In this document: one piece after another, positions 8,438 through 18,649 of the stretch
Layout of the letters: each line of letters starts with the position of its first letter
How positions within the stretch are numbered: the first letter of the stretch is position 1
Position numbers and translations under genes: made by a program
Virus record (IMG/VR): IMGVR_UViG_3300044477_000030
Coordinates: 12,659 to 76,658 of that record
DNA length: 64,000 nucleotides
From: a virus
Lineage: Duplodnaviria > Caudoviricetes
Direction: 5' to 3' (one strand)
The notes under the pieces: model-generated
Database searches by the model: none
Told to the model about the DNA's origin: nothing
Seen by the model: only the letters and a program-made list of their open reading frames with translations

Positions 8438-10141
8438 CTAGGAGAAAAAGCCGTATCCTGTCAAATCCGCCTGCATCGCCATCACTCTCTGGGCAAGCTG
8501 CTCGGTTGTGATGGTTGCCGTGTCCCAGATAGCTCCTCTGTTCGCTGCTCCGGTCATTGCAGCATAAGTGGTAGGCCTAGCGTATGCACTTGTACCAAAA
8601 ATACCAAACGCCGAAGCTGTGAGAGTTACATTGCTTGATCCCCCGATTCCTAAATGGATCGATGAATCCCCATCGTCAAGAAGTATGTACGCAGGAGTGG
8701 AGGAGCCGCCTTCCAGCTTCAGAGAAGTATTGGCCCTTATAATCGTATCATCCAGGACGTGAACAGTCTCGGCTGTGGCAGAGGACGGATCTAACATCAA
8801 CCCGTCAACCAGCGTGGAGCCAAAAGATACTTTGAGAGCGAGGGAGGCATCACCATCCGCAGTCAACCGGGCCACTGCGATTCTTGCTTGTTCAATCTCT
8901 GTTGCGCTGGAATCCTTCATCATGAAGGAGATGTGCGATCCGAAACCAGCACCGGAAGCGCCGGACGAATAATGGCGAACATTCAAGCCGCAAAGGGAAT
9001 TGGTTGTCCCGGAATCGCTTTGTTCCGAGAAAAGTGCTCCGGCGACAAACGGAAGATATCCAGATGTAGGGCCGTCAGCTCGAACATAGCCGTCGTTGGT
9101 GAAAGTCAGGAAACCGATAGTGGCGTCGGCACCCCATCCGTTATTCTGGACAAATTTAACTCTCGGATTCATCCCTGTGGGGCCAACATTATTGTACGTC
9201 GCCGTGAGAGTTAGAACTGTTTGATTCACGGTCTCGGAGTAAGCTTCAAAAGAATGTTCCGCGTTACCGATAGCCGTGAGCACTCCGTTTACCGTAAGTG
9301 CTCTGTTGATTGTTGCCGTTGTGCTAGACAAGCTCAGGGCAGTTGATCTGCTCGTGCCACCGTCCGTCGTCAGAAAACTAAGAGCGCAACCGGCCTTCTC
9401 AGCCGTGCCAATAGCAACATTGCCATCTGCGCCCACATCAATCGCACCATAATCGGATTCAGTACCGGCGTCGTTATAGACACCCACCACATAGAATCGG
9501 TTGGCTCTAAACTTCGACGTCACAACTCCAAGAGAAGATCCTGTTCCGTTGTCAACTTCAAGCCATGGGAACAGAGCACCTGAATCGTTTCCACGCCAGA
9601 TGTTCTCTGCCATCTTGGTTGGAGAATTACTTTCATCCCAGTTCCCGGTTCCGCTCACTGTAGTCTTGTATTGAGCACGAAGGGATTGTGATGCCGAGTC
9701 GTCATTGGCCATTGTCTGAATATCGGACAACGTGGTGGATGCTCCGATGGTCGCAGAGACCTCATCGCCCAGCTTCAATGCGTTCTTGACTTTCAGATCA
9801 AGAGCCCAGGTCGCGGTGCCGTCAACCTTGAACCTGAGTACAGAATTGGTGGTTGCTGTGATCAATGTGCCAGCAGAGAGGCTCAGGTCAAGACCAACCG
9901 CAGTGGTTGCAGCAGAGGTTCCCTTGAATAGGGTTCCGCTTGTGCCACCGGTCAGGGCAGCTTCATAGAAGATTCCGCTCGTGGCGGAGTTCTTGATCGG
10001 CAGACTCAAATTGGCAAACAAATCGGCTAGCGTAACTTTGCGGTCACGATTGGCATCAACACCCTGAATCAAATAGATCCAATCGGTAGCTCCGGTATAA
10101 GACGGAGTGGCATCTGGCATCAAAAGAACGGTTGTGGTCAT
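8438..10141 (-). CDS. Tail fibre / receptor-binding protein, 567 aa
   Basis: Position after baseplate genes; Thr/Gly/Ala/Ser-rich; RDRKVTLADL N-terminal anchor. Confidence 0.7.
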   Translation of the reverse strand: MTTTVLLMPDATPSYTGATDWIYLIQGVDANRDRKVTLADLFANLSLPIKNSATSGIFYEAALTGGTSGTLFKGTSAATTAVGLDLSLSAGTLITATTNSVLRFKVDGTATWALDLKVKNALKLGDEVSATIGASTTLSDIQTMANDDSASQSLRAQYKTTVSGTGNWDESNSPTKMAENIWRGNDSGALFPWLEVDNGTGSSLGVVTSKFRANRFYVVGVYNDAGTESDYGAIDVGADGNVAIGTAEKAGCALSFLTTDGGTSRSTALSLSSTTATINRALTVNGVLTAIGNAEHSFEAYSETVNQTVLTLTATYNNVGPTGMNPRVKFVQNNGWGADATIGFLTFTNDGYVRADGPTSGYLPFVAGALFSEQSDSGTTNSLCGLNVRHYSSGASGAGFGSHISFMMKDSSATEIEQARIAVARLTADGDASLALKVSFGSTLVDGLMLDPSSATAETVHVLDDTIIRANTSLKLEGGSSTPAYILLDDGDSSIHLGIGGSSNVTLTASAFGIFGTSAYARPTTYAAMTGAANRGAIWDTATITTEQLAQRVMAMQADLTGYGFFS

Positions 10142-10677
10142 GGGGCAACCTTCCGCACCGCGATCTTGCCACCGGAGTAGGTGGTGATCGGAGTGCCGTC
10201 ATAGGTACACAGGTAGTCACCGGAAATCCCCTGCACACCGGCTGGGGACACCGAATCGAGATAGTTCTGGGAGAGAGCGCTGGTCTCTCCGATGAGAATC
10301 ACAAAGAACGTGGCTTCAACTTCCTGGAGATATTCCACGGAGGTTGCGCCAAAAGCACGTTTCAGGAGCGTGATCAGATCCTGTGGAGTGGCGGTCGAAG
10401 TCTGCAATGCAGTCGCCATGATCTCCGTGCGATAATCTTCGTCGTTTCTCAGCTTACGATGGCAATTGAATAATTCGCCGACGTAATCGAGCTGCTCTCC
10501 CACCGCTGTGGCCATGGTGAATGCGCCGCGAATAGCGAATGCTTTGGCTTCCAGATCATCCTTTCCGGCAGCAGAAATCTCCACAATCTTGCGCAGATTG
10601 ACACTGTTCTTGTATTGCTCAATAAACAGCGACTTGAGCGCTTCAGCGGAGGGAGCTAGTTGGACAGGATCAGACAT
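10138..10677 (-). CDS. Baseplate wedge protein (DUF2612-like)
   Basis: Follows baseplate J; AVGEQLDYVGE and DEDYR motifs. Confidence 0.7.
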   Translation of the reverse strand: MSDPVQLAPSAEALKSLFIEQYKNSVNLRKIVEISAAGKDDLEAKAFAIRGAFTMATAVGEQLDYVGELFNCHRKLRNDEDYRTEIMATALQTSTATPQDLITLLKRAFGATSVEYLQEVEATFFVILIGETSALSQNYLDSVSPAGVQGISGDYLCTYDGTPITTYSGGKIAVRKVAP

Positions 10678-12430
10678 GAGTTACCGTAATCCTGGAGACA
10701 TCGAAGGAAAGGAAATGATTCGCGAGAGTATCCAGAACCGTAGTCACATAATCACCTGGATATGTGGGAGCCGGAGTTGTGGCGTCCGTGACCGCAGCAT
10801 AAATAAGTGCGTTCTGAATACCAGGAACGGTGTAGATTGGAGTGCAAAGACGTTGAGGGATAAGATCTTTTCCTGGAGTAAAGTTGACCAGCGACCATTC
10901 AACGATTGCGGCCTTAATTTGTTCATCACCGTCTTCAGGAAAGATTTCTTCATCATAGAGACTGATGTTAATATGCAGCCAGACATAATCTGTGTCTGGA
11001 CGGCTGAACTTGATCTCGTGTTGATAGCCTTCAGAATCAACGACATAGGTTCCAGTGACGGTTCCGTAAATGGTGATGCCCGCTGGAGCAGCGTACCAGA
11101 TCGCATCAGCAATATCCTGTTCATCTCCGCCTTCCGCAATAACCTGAAGAGAGTGGGGTGGCATGGAATCCACAGTTCCGCTTGTACGATTGGACACTAC
11201 GATGCAGGAGATCACACCATTTACTGTGTTCAGGATATGCTGGCGGATTGCGTCTTCGGTGGCTTTGCCCACGGCATAGAACTGCGCACGGCGAAGACGG
11301 AATTCGGCATCCGTTTCAGCTTCGCGACCCGTGGCTCCGGCTGCGGGATTCTCCACCTCTGACCAACCGGACACGGGGGTTGTGATTGTATCGAGCGAGA
11401 ACGCAGGAACAGGGAAGGAACCGTACTCGGTGCAGTTGAATGTACCGGCGGACGCATACATAGAATCGGTGAGGTTCGTGATCGAGGCCAATGTGAAATT
11501 CGACCCGATGTTGTAAACACGGATCTTGTCATCGCCTTCCACATAATAAGCTTCGTCAATGTCCTCGGAGGAGATCTTGGCATCCAGCGCAGCAGAGATC
11601 CCGGCGACCACATCTTCCATGCCCATAGGAGCATAGGTATAATTGGCAACCGCTGGGGTTCCCGATCCTGTGACAACCGCCGTGATCGAACTGATTGTGG
11701 TTGCACCAGTGAGCGTGATCGTGAGATCGTTGCCAGAAACAGAATAAGAACAGTTGTAGCCCAATGCGGTCATCGTGGTGTCGATCTTGGCTCCCCACAA
11801 TGCCATCGTGTTCGCATGGGATGTGGTATAAGCGACACCTGGGATGTTGGTTCCATTTACCACGGAAGTAACGGTCTGGCCACTTGCAATAGGGCCGGAA
11901 AGATGGAATGTGGCGCTATGGGTTGCAGGATATGCGTAGGAGATCGTTTGTCCATCGAGAACAAACGAATAGGTCTTTGTGGTCGTCGGAGTGGCGATGG
12001 TGAATTCCACACCGCGAGGAGAAGAGGAGCTGATTATGACTTCGGAGGAAAGAGCGAAGGTCTTCTGCGCTGTGGACTGCGATGCCTGGGAGTTGACCGG
12101 AATGACCGTGGAGGGAACTCCCCAGAGCAAGGTGTCTGGAGCCTGGGATTTGGCTCGGTCAATTCGGGTCAATCCAACTTCGGAATACAAATCGTCCTGT
12201 GCCGCGCCGGACACCTGGTTTGGATTGCGGGTCGTGTAGTTGTCCTCAAGAAGATTCCAGAAATCAAGACGTGCGTTGGCTTCGATGCCAATGATCTGTC
12301 CAAAAGGACTCTCATGGGAAACGTCAATGTCCGCACCGAATGCGGTGCGGTATTCCTGTCGAACCTCTTCAAGAAGAACTTCGATCGTCTTCTTGACAAA
12401 ACCATTGGGAGTCACACCATAAGCAGTCAT
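10670..12430 (-). CDS. Baseplate J-like protein with an inserted decoration-type domain
   Basis: MTAYGVTPNGFVKK, GREAETDAEFRLRR, PPHSLQVIAEGG motifs. Confidence 0.85.
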   Translation of the reverse strand: MTAYGVTPNGFVKKTIEVLLEEVRQEYRTAFGADIDVSHESPFGQIIGIEANARLDFWNLLEDNYTTRNPNQVSGAAQDDLYSEVGLTRIDRAKSQAPDTLLWGVPSTVIPVNSQASQSTAQKTFALSSEVIISSSSPRGVEFTIATPTTTKTYSFVLDGQTISYAYPATHSATFHLSGPIASGQTVTSVVNGTNIPGVAYTTSHANTMALWGAKIDTTMTALGYNCSYSVSGNDLTITLTGATTISSITAVVTGSGTPAVANYTYAPMGMEDVVAGISAALDAKISSEDIDEAYYVEGDDKIRVYNIGSNFTLASITNLTDSMYASAGTFNCTEYGSFPVPAFSLDTITTPVSGWSEVENPAAGATGREAETDAEFRLRRAQFYAVGKATEDAIRQHILNTVNGVISCIVVSNRTSGTVDSMPPHSLQVIAEGGDEQDIADAIWYAAPAGITIYGTVTGTYVVDSEGYQHEIKFSRPDTDYVWLHINISLYDEEIFPEDGDEQIKAAIVEWSLVNFTPGKDLIPQRLCTPIYTVPGIQNALIYAAVTDATTPAPTYPGDYVTTVLDTLANHFLSFDVSRITVTHV

Positions 12431-12786
12431 TGCACAACCACACCATTGATCGTCTCGTTGTAGGCATACACAGAAAACTGGATGCGGAGCGAGCCGGTAG
12501 AAGGATCTGGGACATCAACCAGCAGACTGCGCACTTCGCGCACGCCTGCGGTAGAGGAAATAATGTTCAATGCCATCGCATGAATCGTATCGAGATCGGG
12601 ATTTTTCACGAGAACCTGACCGAAGTAATCGAAACCGATGGTCACATCCAAAAACCATTCACCAAGAAAGGTCTGGAGCCTTTCCTTGATGTGCTGGGCA
12701 ACCTGGTCTGCACCGGATACAATCTGAAGTTGGTAGTTGGAAATCTCCAAATCCCAGCTTCCGTTCAGTTTAAGTTGCTTCGCCAT
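12427..12786 (-). CDS. Baseplate wedge subunit / sheath initiator (gp25/W-like)
   Basis: VAQHIKERLQTFLGEWFLDVTIG motif. Confidence 0.8.
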   Translation of the reverse strand: MAKQLKLNGSWDLEISNYQLQIVSGADQVAQHIKERLQTFLGEWFLDVTIGFDYFGQVLVKNPDLDTIHAMALNIISSTAGVREVRSLLVDVPDPSTGSLRIQFSVYAYNETINGVVVQ

Positions 12787-12811
12787 ATACAGTATAATAC
12801 AAAAATTTGGG

Positions 12812-13498
12812 CTATTTGAGGAAGTTTTTTAGCATTCCCTTGTTGTTTTCAGCCATCAGGGATCCCTGGACTGCGAAAGCCGTGGATGCCGGATCTGGAG
12901 CGCAAGGAGAACCAGGAGAAGCTGAAATTGGCGCCAATTTTTGAATAATGTCATTCAAAGCCTTGATCGCATCCCACATCTTCTGCATTTCAAGCAAAAG
13001 AGAGGTGTTTGCATTGTGCATCGAAATTCTACCATCTTTGGACACCGTAACGGCCCCAGCCCCGATCAAACCGAACCAAGCATCGGTTTCTTCATAATTA
13101 TGGGGAACCGGGCCTGTTCCGGGAGCCCATAGACAGGGTATGCACATTGCATCATGCAGGGTGAACCGGCTCCCGTCCTCGGCCTCCATGTGGGCGCCCT
13201 TGCCATTGATCCAGTTGCCGATCGCGACCTCGGAAACAATAACCAGAACTCCGTCCCCTTTCTTCAGAGGAAAGAGCATTCCCCCATCGACGGAGCAGGG
13301 AAAGACCACCGGAACATTGGCAATGGGCTTGGATTCCAGCAAAACCCCATTAGACATTCTCATGTCAACCATCGGAGTAACCGTGGCCAGTTTGTTCCGG
13401 TGGCCGGAATAACTTTCTACAACTGCGGGAAAAGCCGTATGAACTTCATCCATACGGGCATCAAAGTGCATATCCATCGCTTCAAGAAGATCGGGCAT
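12812..13498 (-). CDS. Baseplate central spike (Gp138/gpV-like)
   Basis: VHTAFPAVVESY...NVPVVFP...PLKKGDGVLVI...RFTLHDAMCIP. Confidence 0.85.
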   Translation of the reverse strand: MPDLLEAMDMHFDARMDEVHTAFPAVVESYSGHRNKLATVTPMVDMRMSNGVLLESKPIANVPVVFPCSVDGGMLFPLKKGDGVLVIVSEVAIGNWINGKGAHMEAEDGSRFTLHDAMCIPCLWAPGTGPVPHNYEETDAWFGLIGAGAVTVSKDGRISMHNANTSLLLEMQKMWDAIKALNDIIQKLAPISASPGSPCAPDPASTAFAVQGSLMAENNKGMLKNFLK

Positions 13499-13506
13499 GA
13501 GTGTAC

Positions 13507-14526
13507 CTACGCGATTTGAGTTTCGTCGGTGCCGGTGCGGATGTCGTCGGTTTGAACTTCACCACCATGGTATCCGGCAGTCCCTTCCATATTGAACTCG
13601 CCTTCTCCATTGTCGCCAAAGAAACGCACGGTCTCGACGACTGCGGTTCCCATGAATTCCTCGGACGAGATGGTGAGAACGGAATTTGGGAGAACCTGGG
13701 GGTGGAAGATGCAACCAAATTCCACAAATCCTTTAGGAGCCGCGATCTCGATCTTTTTGAGATCTATCTGCGGAGGTTGACCTTTCTTCCCTTTGGTATA
13801 TGGCAATTTCTGAATGTAGGTCTCCATAGGACGGCAATAGAGCAATCCGCTGTCGTAGCCAAGGATCGCGCTTCGGCTGATCCCATTCCCATTGAAGTCC
13901 AGAATGATGAAGTCTGTGTTTTCCACATGAAAGGTCATCTGGTTGGCCAGGAGAACTTGTTCAATAAATCGCAGAGCCCCACGCATACGCCCGACGTAGT
14001 GAAAACCATTTGGAAGGACGATCTTATCACTAAGCGCATCGCCGATGAGATTGAATCCCAACTGCGCAACAATGTCTTTAATCACTCTGTTCAATGGGAT
14101 GGTCGATCCGGTTTCGAGATCTGGAGAGTATCCAAGGGACACCCATGTCTGTTCGAGAGTTTTGTTTGGAGCCCGGCAAGTTGCAGCTTGGATGTTGAGA
14201 ATGGAATCCCCTTCCTTGTTCTTGGAGCTTTTCATCTCTGTGATGACTCCGACGAACATTGTGGTGAGAACCCCGTTCATTTGATCTTCCCAACCAGCAG
14301 AAAACTGTACGGAAGATCCACGCTTGAAGAATAGATCTCTTGTAGTGGGATTCATACCGGCAATATTAAATTCTGCTGTATTGTCGATAAATTTGTTCGA
14401 TCTCTGTATAGAAAATCCGAAATCGAGGCCACCCACCTCGATTCCGCTTCCGTCGTTTGGAGAAATGATCAAAGATGTGAGTTTACCGAAGGCCATAGGC
14501 CGTCTCCCATTCGATAATTTCGTCAT
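13507..14526 (-). CDS. Baseplate hub protein
   Basis: Position; LDFGFSIQRS...AEFNIAGMN...FSAGW, MFVGVI pattern. Confidence 0.7.
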   Translation of the reverse strand: MTKLSNGRRPMAFGKLTSLIISPNDGSGIEVGGLDFGFSIQRSNKFIDNTAEFNIAGMNPTTRDLFFKRGSSVQFSAGWEDQMNGVLTTMFVGVITEMKSSKNKEGDSILNIQAATCRAPNKTLEQTWVSLGYSPDLETGSTIPLNRVIKDIVAQLGFNLIGDALSDKIVLPNGFHYVGRMRGALRFIEQVLLANQMTFHVENTDFIILDFNGNGISRSAILGYDSGLLYCRPMETYIQKLPYTKGKKGQPPQIDLKKIEIAAPKGFVEFGCIFHPQVLPNSVLTISSEEFMGTAVVETVRFFGDNGEGEFNMEGTAGYHGGEVQTDDIRTGTDETQIA

Positions 14527-14836
14527 CCGTCAGCCAGCAAAGAACCCAATCGACATTCCAGTTGTCATAGGTGATCTCGCCCGATGCATTTGGCGATGTT
14601 GCCAAGACAACCAGATCACCAGAAAGATTGCTGAATGCGCGATGAGATTGAAGCAGACGACACATGGAAACTACTTTGATGCCACTTATAGCTCCGCCTT
14701 GGGAATCAGTGACCGACATGAACCAATGATTCACTCGGACATTCCAGGTGAGCCTGATCTTGGCTGCGATGCCTCCAATATCAACTTCGTAGTTGAAGTC
14801 GGAAGATTGATCATGAAAAGAAGGAAGAGTAATCAT
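14483..14836 (-). CDS. Baseplate/virion structural protein
   Basis: IRLTWNVRVNHWFMSV...GIKVV pattern typical of the small gene before the hub. Confidence 0.65.
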   Translation of the reverse strand: MITLPSFHDQSSDFNYEVDIGGIAAKIRLTWNVRVNHWFMSVTDSQGGAISGIKVVSMCRLLQSHRAFSNLSGDLVVLATSPNASGEITYDNWNVDWVLCWLTDDEIIEWETAYGLR

Positions 14837-15570
14837 CTTGGCACCTTCACATAAGTTGCATCAGCCGGAACAGTGTTGTACTTTGGCATCTCCACCGGAG
14901 CCATCATCTTGCTTTGTGCGTTGGGAGGATCTGCTGGCACAACTGGAGTTTTTGCCTTTGTTGATTGCTTGTTCTTCGAGAGATTGGTCTGCGTTTGCTT
15001 CGCTGTGTCATCAGTGTTCAACTGCTTGGGATTGATCGGAACTTCTTTGGTTTGGAGCAAAACGATCTTCAATTTTTGGAAAGTCAGGACAAACTCCTGC
15101 GCCTCTCCGTTTCTTCCTGTTCTTGTCACGTCGATATTCGAGATGTAACAATCAGTGAAGGTTCCGAGTGAAGTAACCAGACTGCACGCCTTTTTGTTCT
15201 CGTGTATATACACCAGATTTCGGTAAGCAATTACTGCGCGATTCTTTCCCTTGTCGTTATAGCCTTCGTATTTGTTCACATCCGGCGTGAATGTAGTCAG
15301 GAAGTTTCCAGAATTCACAGACCAGTTGGAGACGAACGCACGCAATGTTCCCGTTCTCAATTTGGTCTTGATGTTGGTCGTGATGTCGGAACCAAACTCG
15401 ACCGAATGCTGGGACACGGTGGCTTCATGCTTGATGTTTTCTTCAAGAAAAAGATCAATGGCCACCGATGCCTGGCGACCATTGCTGTCGAGATAAAGAA
15501 TCTGGGCTCCGCCCTTTCTTTTGAAAAGAGATTCGCCCGCAAGAATAGAATTTTCAGAAATCAAAGCCAT
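14833..15570 (-). CDS. Dit-like tail/baseplate protein
   Basis: EENIKHEATVSQHSVEFGSDIT motif; follows tape measure. Confidence 0.7.
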   Translation of the reverse strand: MALISENSILAGESLFKRKGGAQILYLDSNGRQASVAIDLFLEENIKHEATVSQHSVEFGSDITTNIKTKLRTGTLRAFVSNWSVNSGNFLTTFTPDVNKYEGYNDKGKNRAVIAYRNLVYIHENKKACSLVTSLGTFTDCYISNIDVTRTGRNGEAQEFVLTFQKLKIVLLQTKEVPINPKQLNTDDTAKQTQTNLSKNKQSTKAKTPVVPADPPNAQSKMMAPVEMPKYNTVPADATYVKVPR

Positions 15571-15577
15571 GCTGTTC

Positions 15578-17470
15578 TCACAATGTACTGTTTATTGCCT
15601 TGGAGATTTGAATATTGAACAAAGATCTGGAAGCTCTGTCCATCATATCCTGGATGCCTTCAGGTGTGAGCTTGGTCTTTCCATCATCGGTGATCTGGGT
15701 TTCAATGTTGAAGTTGTTCTCGATCTTGGTGTTGATGTTTTTGATGTTCTTCATCAAATCATCGAGAGAAGAGGTGTTGATTCCCTTCTTGATGTTTGCC
15801 ATCCATTCTGTCAAACCTGTATCTGGCCCACCGGTGCTTCCTTCATAGGCCAAACCTTTATCTAGTGCACTTTTTGCAGAATCTCTTTCGTTGGCCAATC
15901 TCTTCAATTCAGAAGAATCCCCTCCTCTATAACTCCAATATGCCTTGTCCGCATCTTCGTACTTCTTTTGCAGATCCTTGTTTTTGTCCGCCTGTCCTTC
16001 TTTATAATGAGCACTACCGGGTGTCATGTCAGCCAGAGTGATTCCAAGTGCGGCTCCTGCGCCTAGTGCAATGGCTCCGAGGGCGACTGGATTGGTGAGA
16101 GCAGTCAGAATGCCCTGGGCAATGGCAGCGGATTTAATCGCAGCAGTAAGTTTCACAAAAGCCGCACTAAGGGCGATTACTCCCGAGATGGTGGCCATGC
16201 TTCCCAATACTGCAAACAAACCAACAAGTAAATGCGTTTTTGTTATAGTGACAGGAAGAATCGAATTGACAAGATTCAAAATCGTATCGCTCAATGCCGC
16301 GAAGAACGAAATTGTCTCACTCAATAGAAATATCATGATCCCGAGAGCCTTGGCGATCATTTCAGAGAAAGTACGCAAGGTGACGGCAAATGTATCAAAG
16401 GCGGAAGCACCGTCGTTGGCGAGAGATACGGAATCCGCCAATGCTTTTTGTAATTGTGTGTAAAGAGAAAGAAGAGGATATACCGCCCAATACAATTTCA
16501 TAAACGATTCCGTCAACCAAGTTACCCCCTGGCCGACCAGTTTGATGACTGCAATGAAACTGTTCTTTGTGTTTCCTCCGATCTGCTCGACCAATCCACC
16601 AAACATCTTTAATGAATTAGAGACACGGGACATAACTTCGCCCATGGCTTTTCCGATTTCCGCCGCTGCTGGCTTTACGGAGCTGACTATGGTGATACCC
16701 ATCTGGATCATATCCTTCAGGGGCTTCTCGAACATTGTTCCAATTTCAAGACGAATGAGGTTGAAGGCATCCTTCAACGAAGACCACAAACCGGCGATCG
16801 TCTTGGAACCCTTCTCCATACCCTTGAAGAACCGGCCACCTTCTCCAGTGTCGCGGATCATTGCGTCGATCACCATCTTAGGTGTGACCAAACCACGGTG
16901 CATCATATCAAGCATATCTTGATATGGTTTCTTCTGCATCTCCGCGATGCTCTTGAGTGGATTGTAGCCAGCCGTGGTCATCTGGAGCAAGTCCTGGCCC
17001 ATCAACTTTCCAGCGGCAAGCATTTGGCTGAAGGCAAGATTCATCTGGTTAAAGCGGTTCTTATCGCCCAATGTGATGTCGCCCAGAGCCATCATGTACG
17101 GGATGGTGTTCTCGATCGACGCACCAAACTGAAGCATCAACCTGGCGCCGTCTGCGAGATCCTTGGCCTCGAACGGTGTAACGAAGGCCACATTCAATAT
17201 GTCCTTCATGAACGAGCTGGCCTGCGAAGCAGATCCGAGCATGACTTCGAACTGCGTCCGAAGCATTTCGATCGACGCAGTGTATTGTGTGATTTTGGAG
17301 AGTTCCGCGCCAGCGAACCAAAGCGCGGTGGCACCGGCGATTTTTCTTCCGAGGCCATCGAAAATGGAAGATGTGTCCTTGGCAAAGGTCTGCACGGATG
17401 CAGTCGCAGCCTTCAGGGAACCCTGATCGACCTTGAAACCAAGCATTGCAACTAAATCCGTGACCTTCAT
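15578..17470 (-). CDS. Tape measure protein
   Basis: Start MKVTDLVAMLGFKVD; QFEVMLGS, TPFEAKDL, GKLMGQDLLQM tape-measure motifs; C-terminal hydrophobic helices. Confidence 0.9.
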   Translation of the reverse strand: MKVTDLVAMLGFKVDQGSLKAATASVQTFAKDTSSIFDGLGRKIAGATALWFAGAELSKITQYTASIEMLRTQFEVMLGSASQASSFMKDILNVAFVTPFEAKDLADGARLMLQFGASIENTIPYMMALGDITLGDKNRFNQMNLAFSQMLAAGKLMGQDLLQMTTAGYNPLKSIAEMQKKPYQDMLDMMHRGLVTPKMVIDAMIRDTGEGGRFFKGMEKGSKTIAGLWSSLKDAFNLIRLEIGTMFEKPLKDMIQMGITIVSSVKPAAAEIGKAMGEVMSRVSNSLKMFGGLVEQIGGNTKNSFIAVIKLVGQGVTWLTESFMKLYWAVYPLLSLYTQLQKALADSVSLANDGASAFDTFAVTLRTFSEMIAKALGIMIFLLSETISFFAALSDTILNLVNSILPVTITKTHLLVGLFAVLGSMATISGVIALSAAFVKLTAAIKSAAIAQGILTALTNPVALGAIALGAGAALGITLADMTPGSAHYKEGQADKNKDLQKKYEDADKAYWSYRGGDSSELKRLANERDSAKSALDKGLAYEGSTGGPDTGLTEWMANIKKGINTSSLDDLMKNIKNINTKIENNFNIETQITDDGKTKLTPEGIQDMMDRASRSLFNIQISKAINSTL

Positions 17471-17472
17471 AA

Positions 17473-17772
17473 TCAATCTTCCCTTTTTTGTTGCATCATC
17501 GCCCTGACAGCCCGTTCCATGTCCCGCTTTTGGCAAAGCATCGCATAGTATTTTTCGATCTCATCAAGATCCCACTGCCGGACTTCCTCAAGGCTCTTTA
17601 CATCGTGGACAACTTCCCAGACGATCCATTCTTCTAGGAAGCTGTCGGAGAAGTCACCGACCCTTCCGAGCTTTCGGATGAGTTCGTCGTCTTCTGCGGT
17701 TCCTGCGTCAACCCATTGATTTTGGTCATTACGGCTCCAATACGCTGTTGCAGAGCCGCGAGGTCGAAAGGG
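17473..17772 (-). CDS. Tail assembly chaperone C-terminal extension (G-T type, probably reached by -1 frameshift)
   Basis: Open -1 frame from slippery C-CCT-TTC (17772-17766) to the stop at 17473; EEWIVW...LEEVRQWDLDEI. Confidence 0.55.
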   Translation of the reverse strand, partial: PFRPRGSATAYWSRNDQNQWVDAGTAEDDELIRKLGRVGDFSDSFLEEWIVWEVVHDVKSLEEVRQWDLDEIEKYYAMLCQKRDMERAVRAMMQQKRED

Positions 17773-18158
17773 AGGAATTTGTTCCACTTCATGACTTCGA
17801 AGATGATCTTGTAGATTGTGGTCATTCCGTAGTCTTCAAGAACATCCATGCCATCGCGAGTGAGTTCCACCGCTTGTTTGCCTGGGACGATCGCGGTGAC
17901 GGAAGAAAGCAACTCCTCCACCATTGGCATATATTCGGATTCTGGCATGGATGACAAGTGCATAGCAATCTTTGTCATTGCCATGTCGATGTTTGCCTCG
18001 AACCCATCCTTGCCAACGGCGGACATGATGGTTCCGGCCACTGGGCCGAGCAATGCGTCCAGCTTGCGGTCGAGAGAAATACGTTTGAATACTTCGATCT
18101 TCCGAAGTTGAAGTGTGATCCCATCTACGGTCACATCTTTCTTTTTGGTCGTTGCCAT
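17634..18158 (-). CDS. Tail assembly chaperone
   Basis: Lies between tube and tape measure; start MATTKKK. Confidence 0.7.
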   Translation of the reverse strand: MATTKKKDVTVDGITLQLRKIEVFKRISLDRKLDALLGPVAGTIMSAVGKDGFEANIDMAMTKIAMHLSSMPESEYMPMVEELLSSVTAIVPGKQAVELTRDGMDVLEDYGMTTIYKIIFEVMKWNKFLPFDLAALQQRIGAVMTKINGLTQEPQKTTNSSESSEGSVTSPTAS

Positions 18159-18183
18159 TTTCTTTTCCTGGTTGGGTGAAAAG

Positions 18184-18639
18184 CTAATTGCCACCTACAA
18201 GCGCATACCCATTCAGAGTTCGGAGTTTCCATTCACGGGAGGACATGGATCTGCGGAATTCCTGGGATGGACATGAAACAATGTAGGCTTGGGTTGAAAT
18301 GAATGTCGTCAATCCCGAAAGATCCTTCACAACCAAGGGGAGGGCACCGGAATTGGCAAACAAATCTGTATTCAAATAAAGACTGAAATCAGCGTTGGCA
18401 GAGGAAGTCTGCTTCAGGCTGAAGGTAATATCAAATGAACGGATGCCCGAAAAGATACGGTCGTGCTCAAGCATCGTACCGATAACTTCGCTGAAGGCAT
18501 CCGCCGTAGGAGTCACGGTGAGAATGGAGTTTTCAGCAAAGCCCGTGACAATGGTTGATCCATAGATCATCCGAAGACTAGCGGTGTTCCATGTACGGAC
18601 ACGCTTGCCGGGATCTAAGAAATTGAAACCGATTGCCAT
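18184..18639 (-). CDS. Tail tube-like protein, paralogue 2 (DUF3277-like)
   Basis: TWNT...ITFSLKQTSSAN...PS.EFRRSMSSREW pattern shared with 18650-19087. Confidence 0.75.
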   Translation of the reverse strand: MAIGFNFLDPGKRVRTWNTASLRMIYGSTIVTGFAENSILTVTPTADAFSEVIGTMLEHDRIFSGIRSFDITFSLKQTSSANADFSLYLNTDLFANSGALPLVVKDLSGLTTFISTQAYIVSCPSQEFRRSMSSREWKLRTLNGYALVGGN

Positions 18640-18649
18640 GGGCTATACC

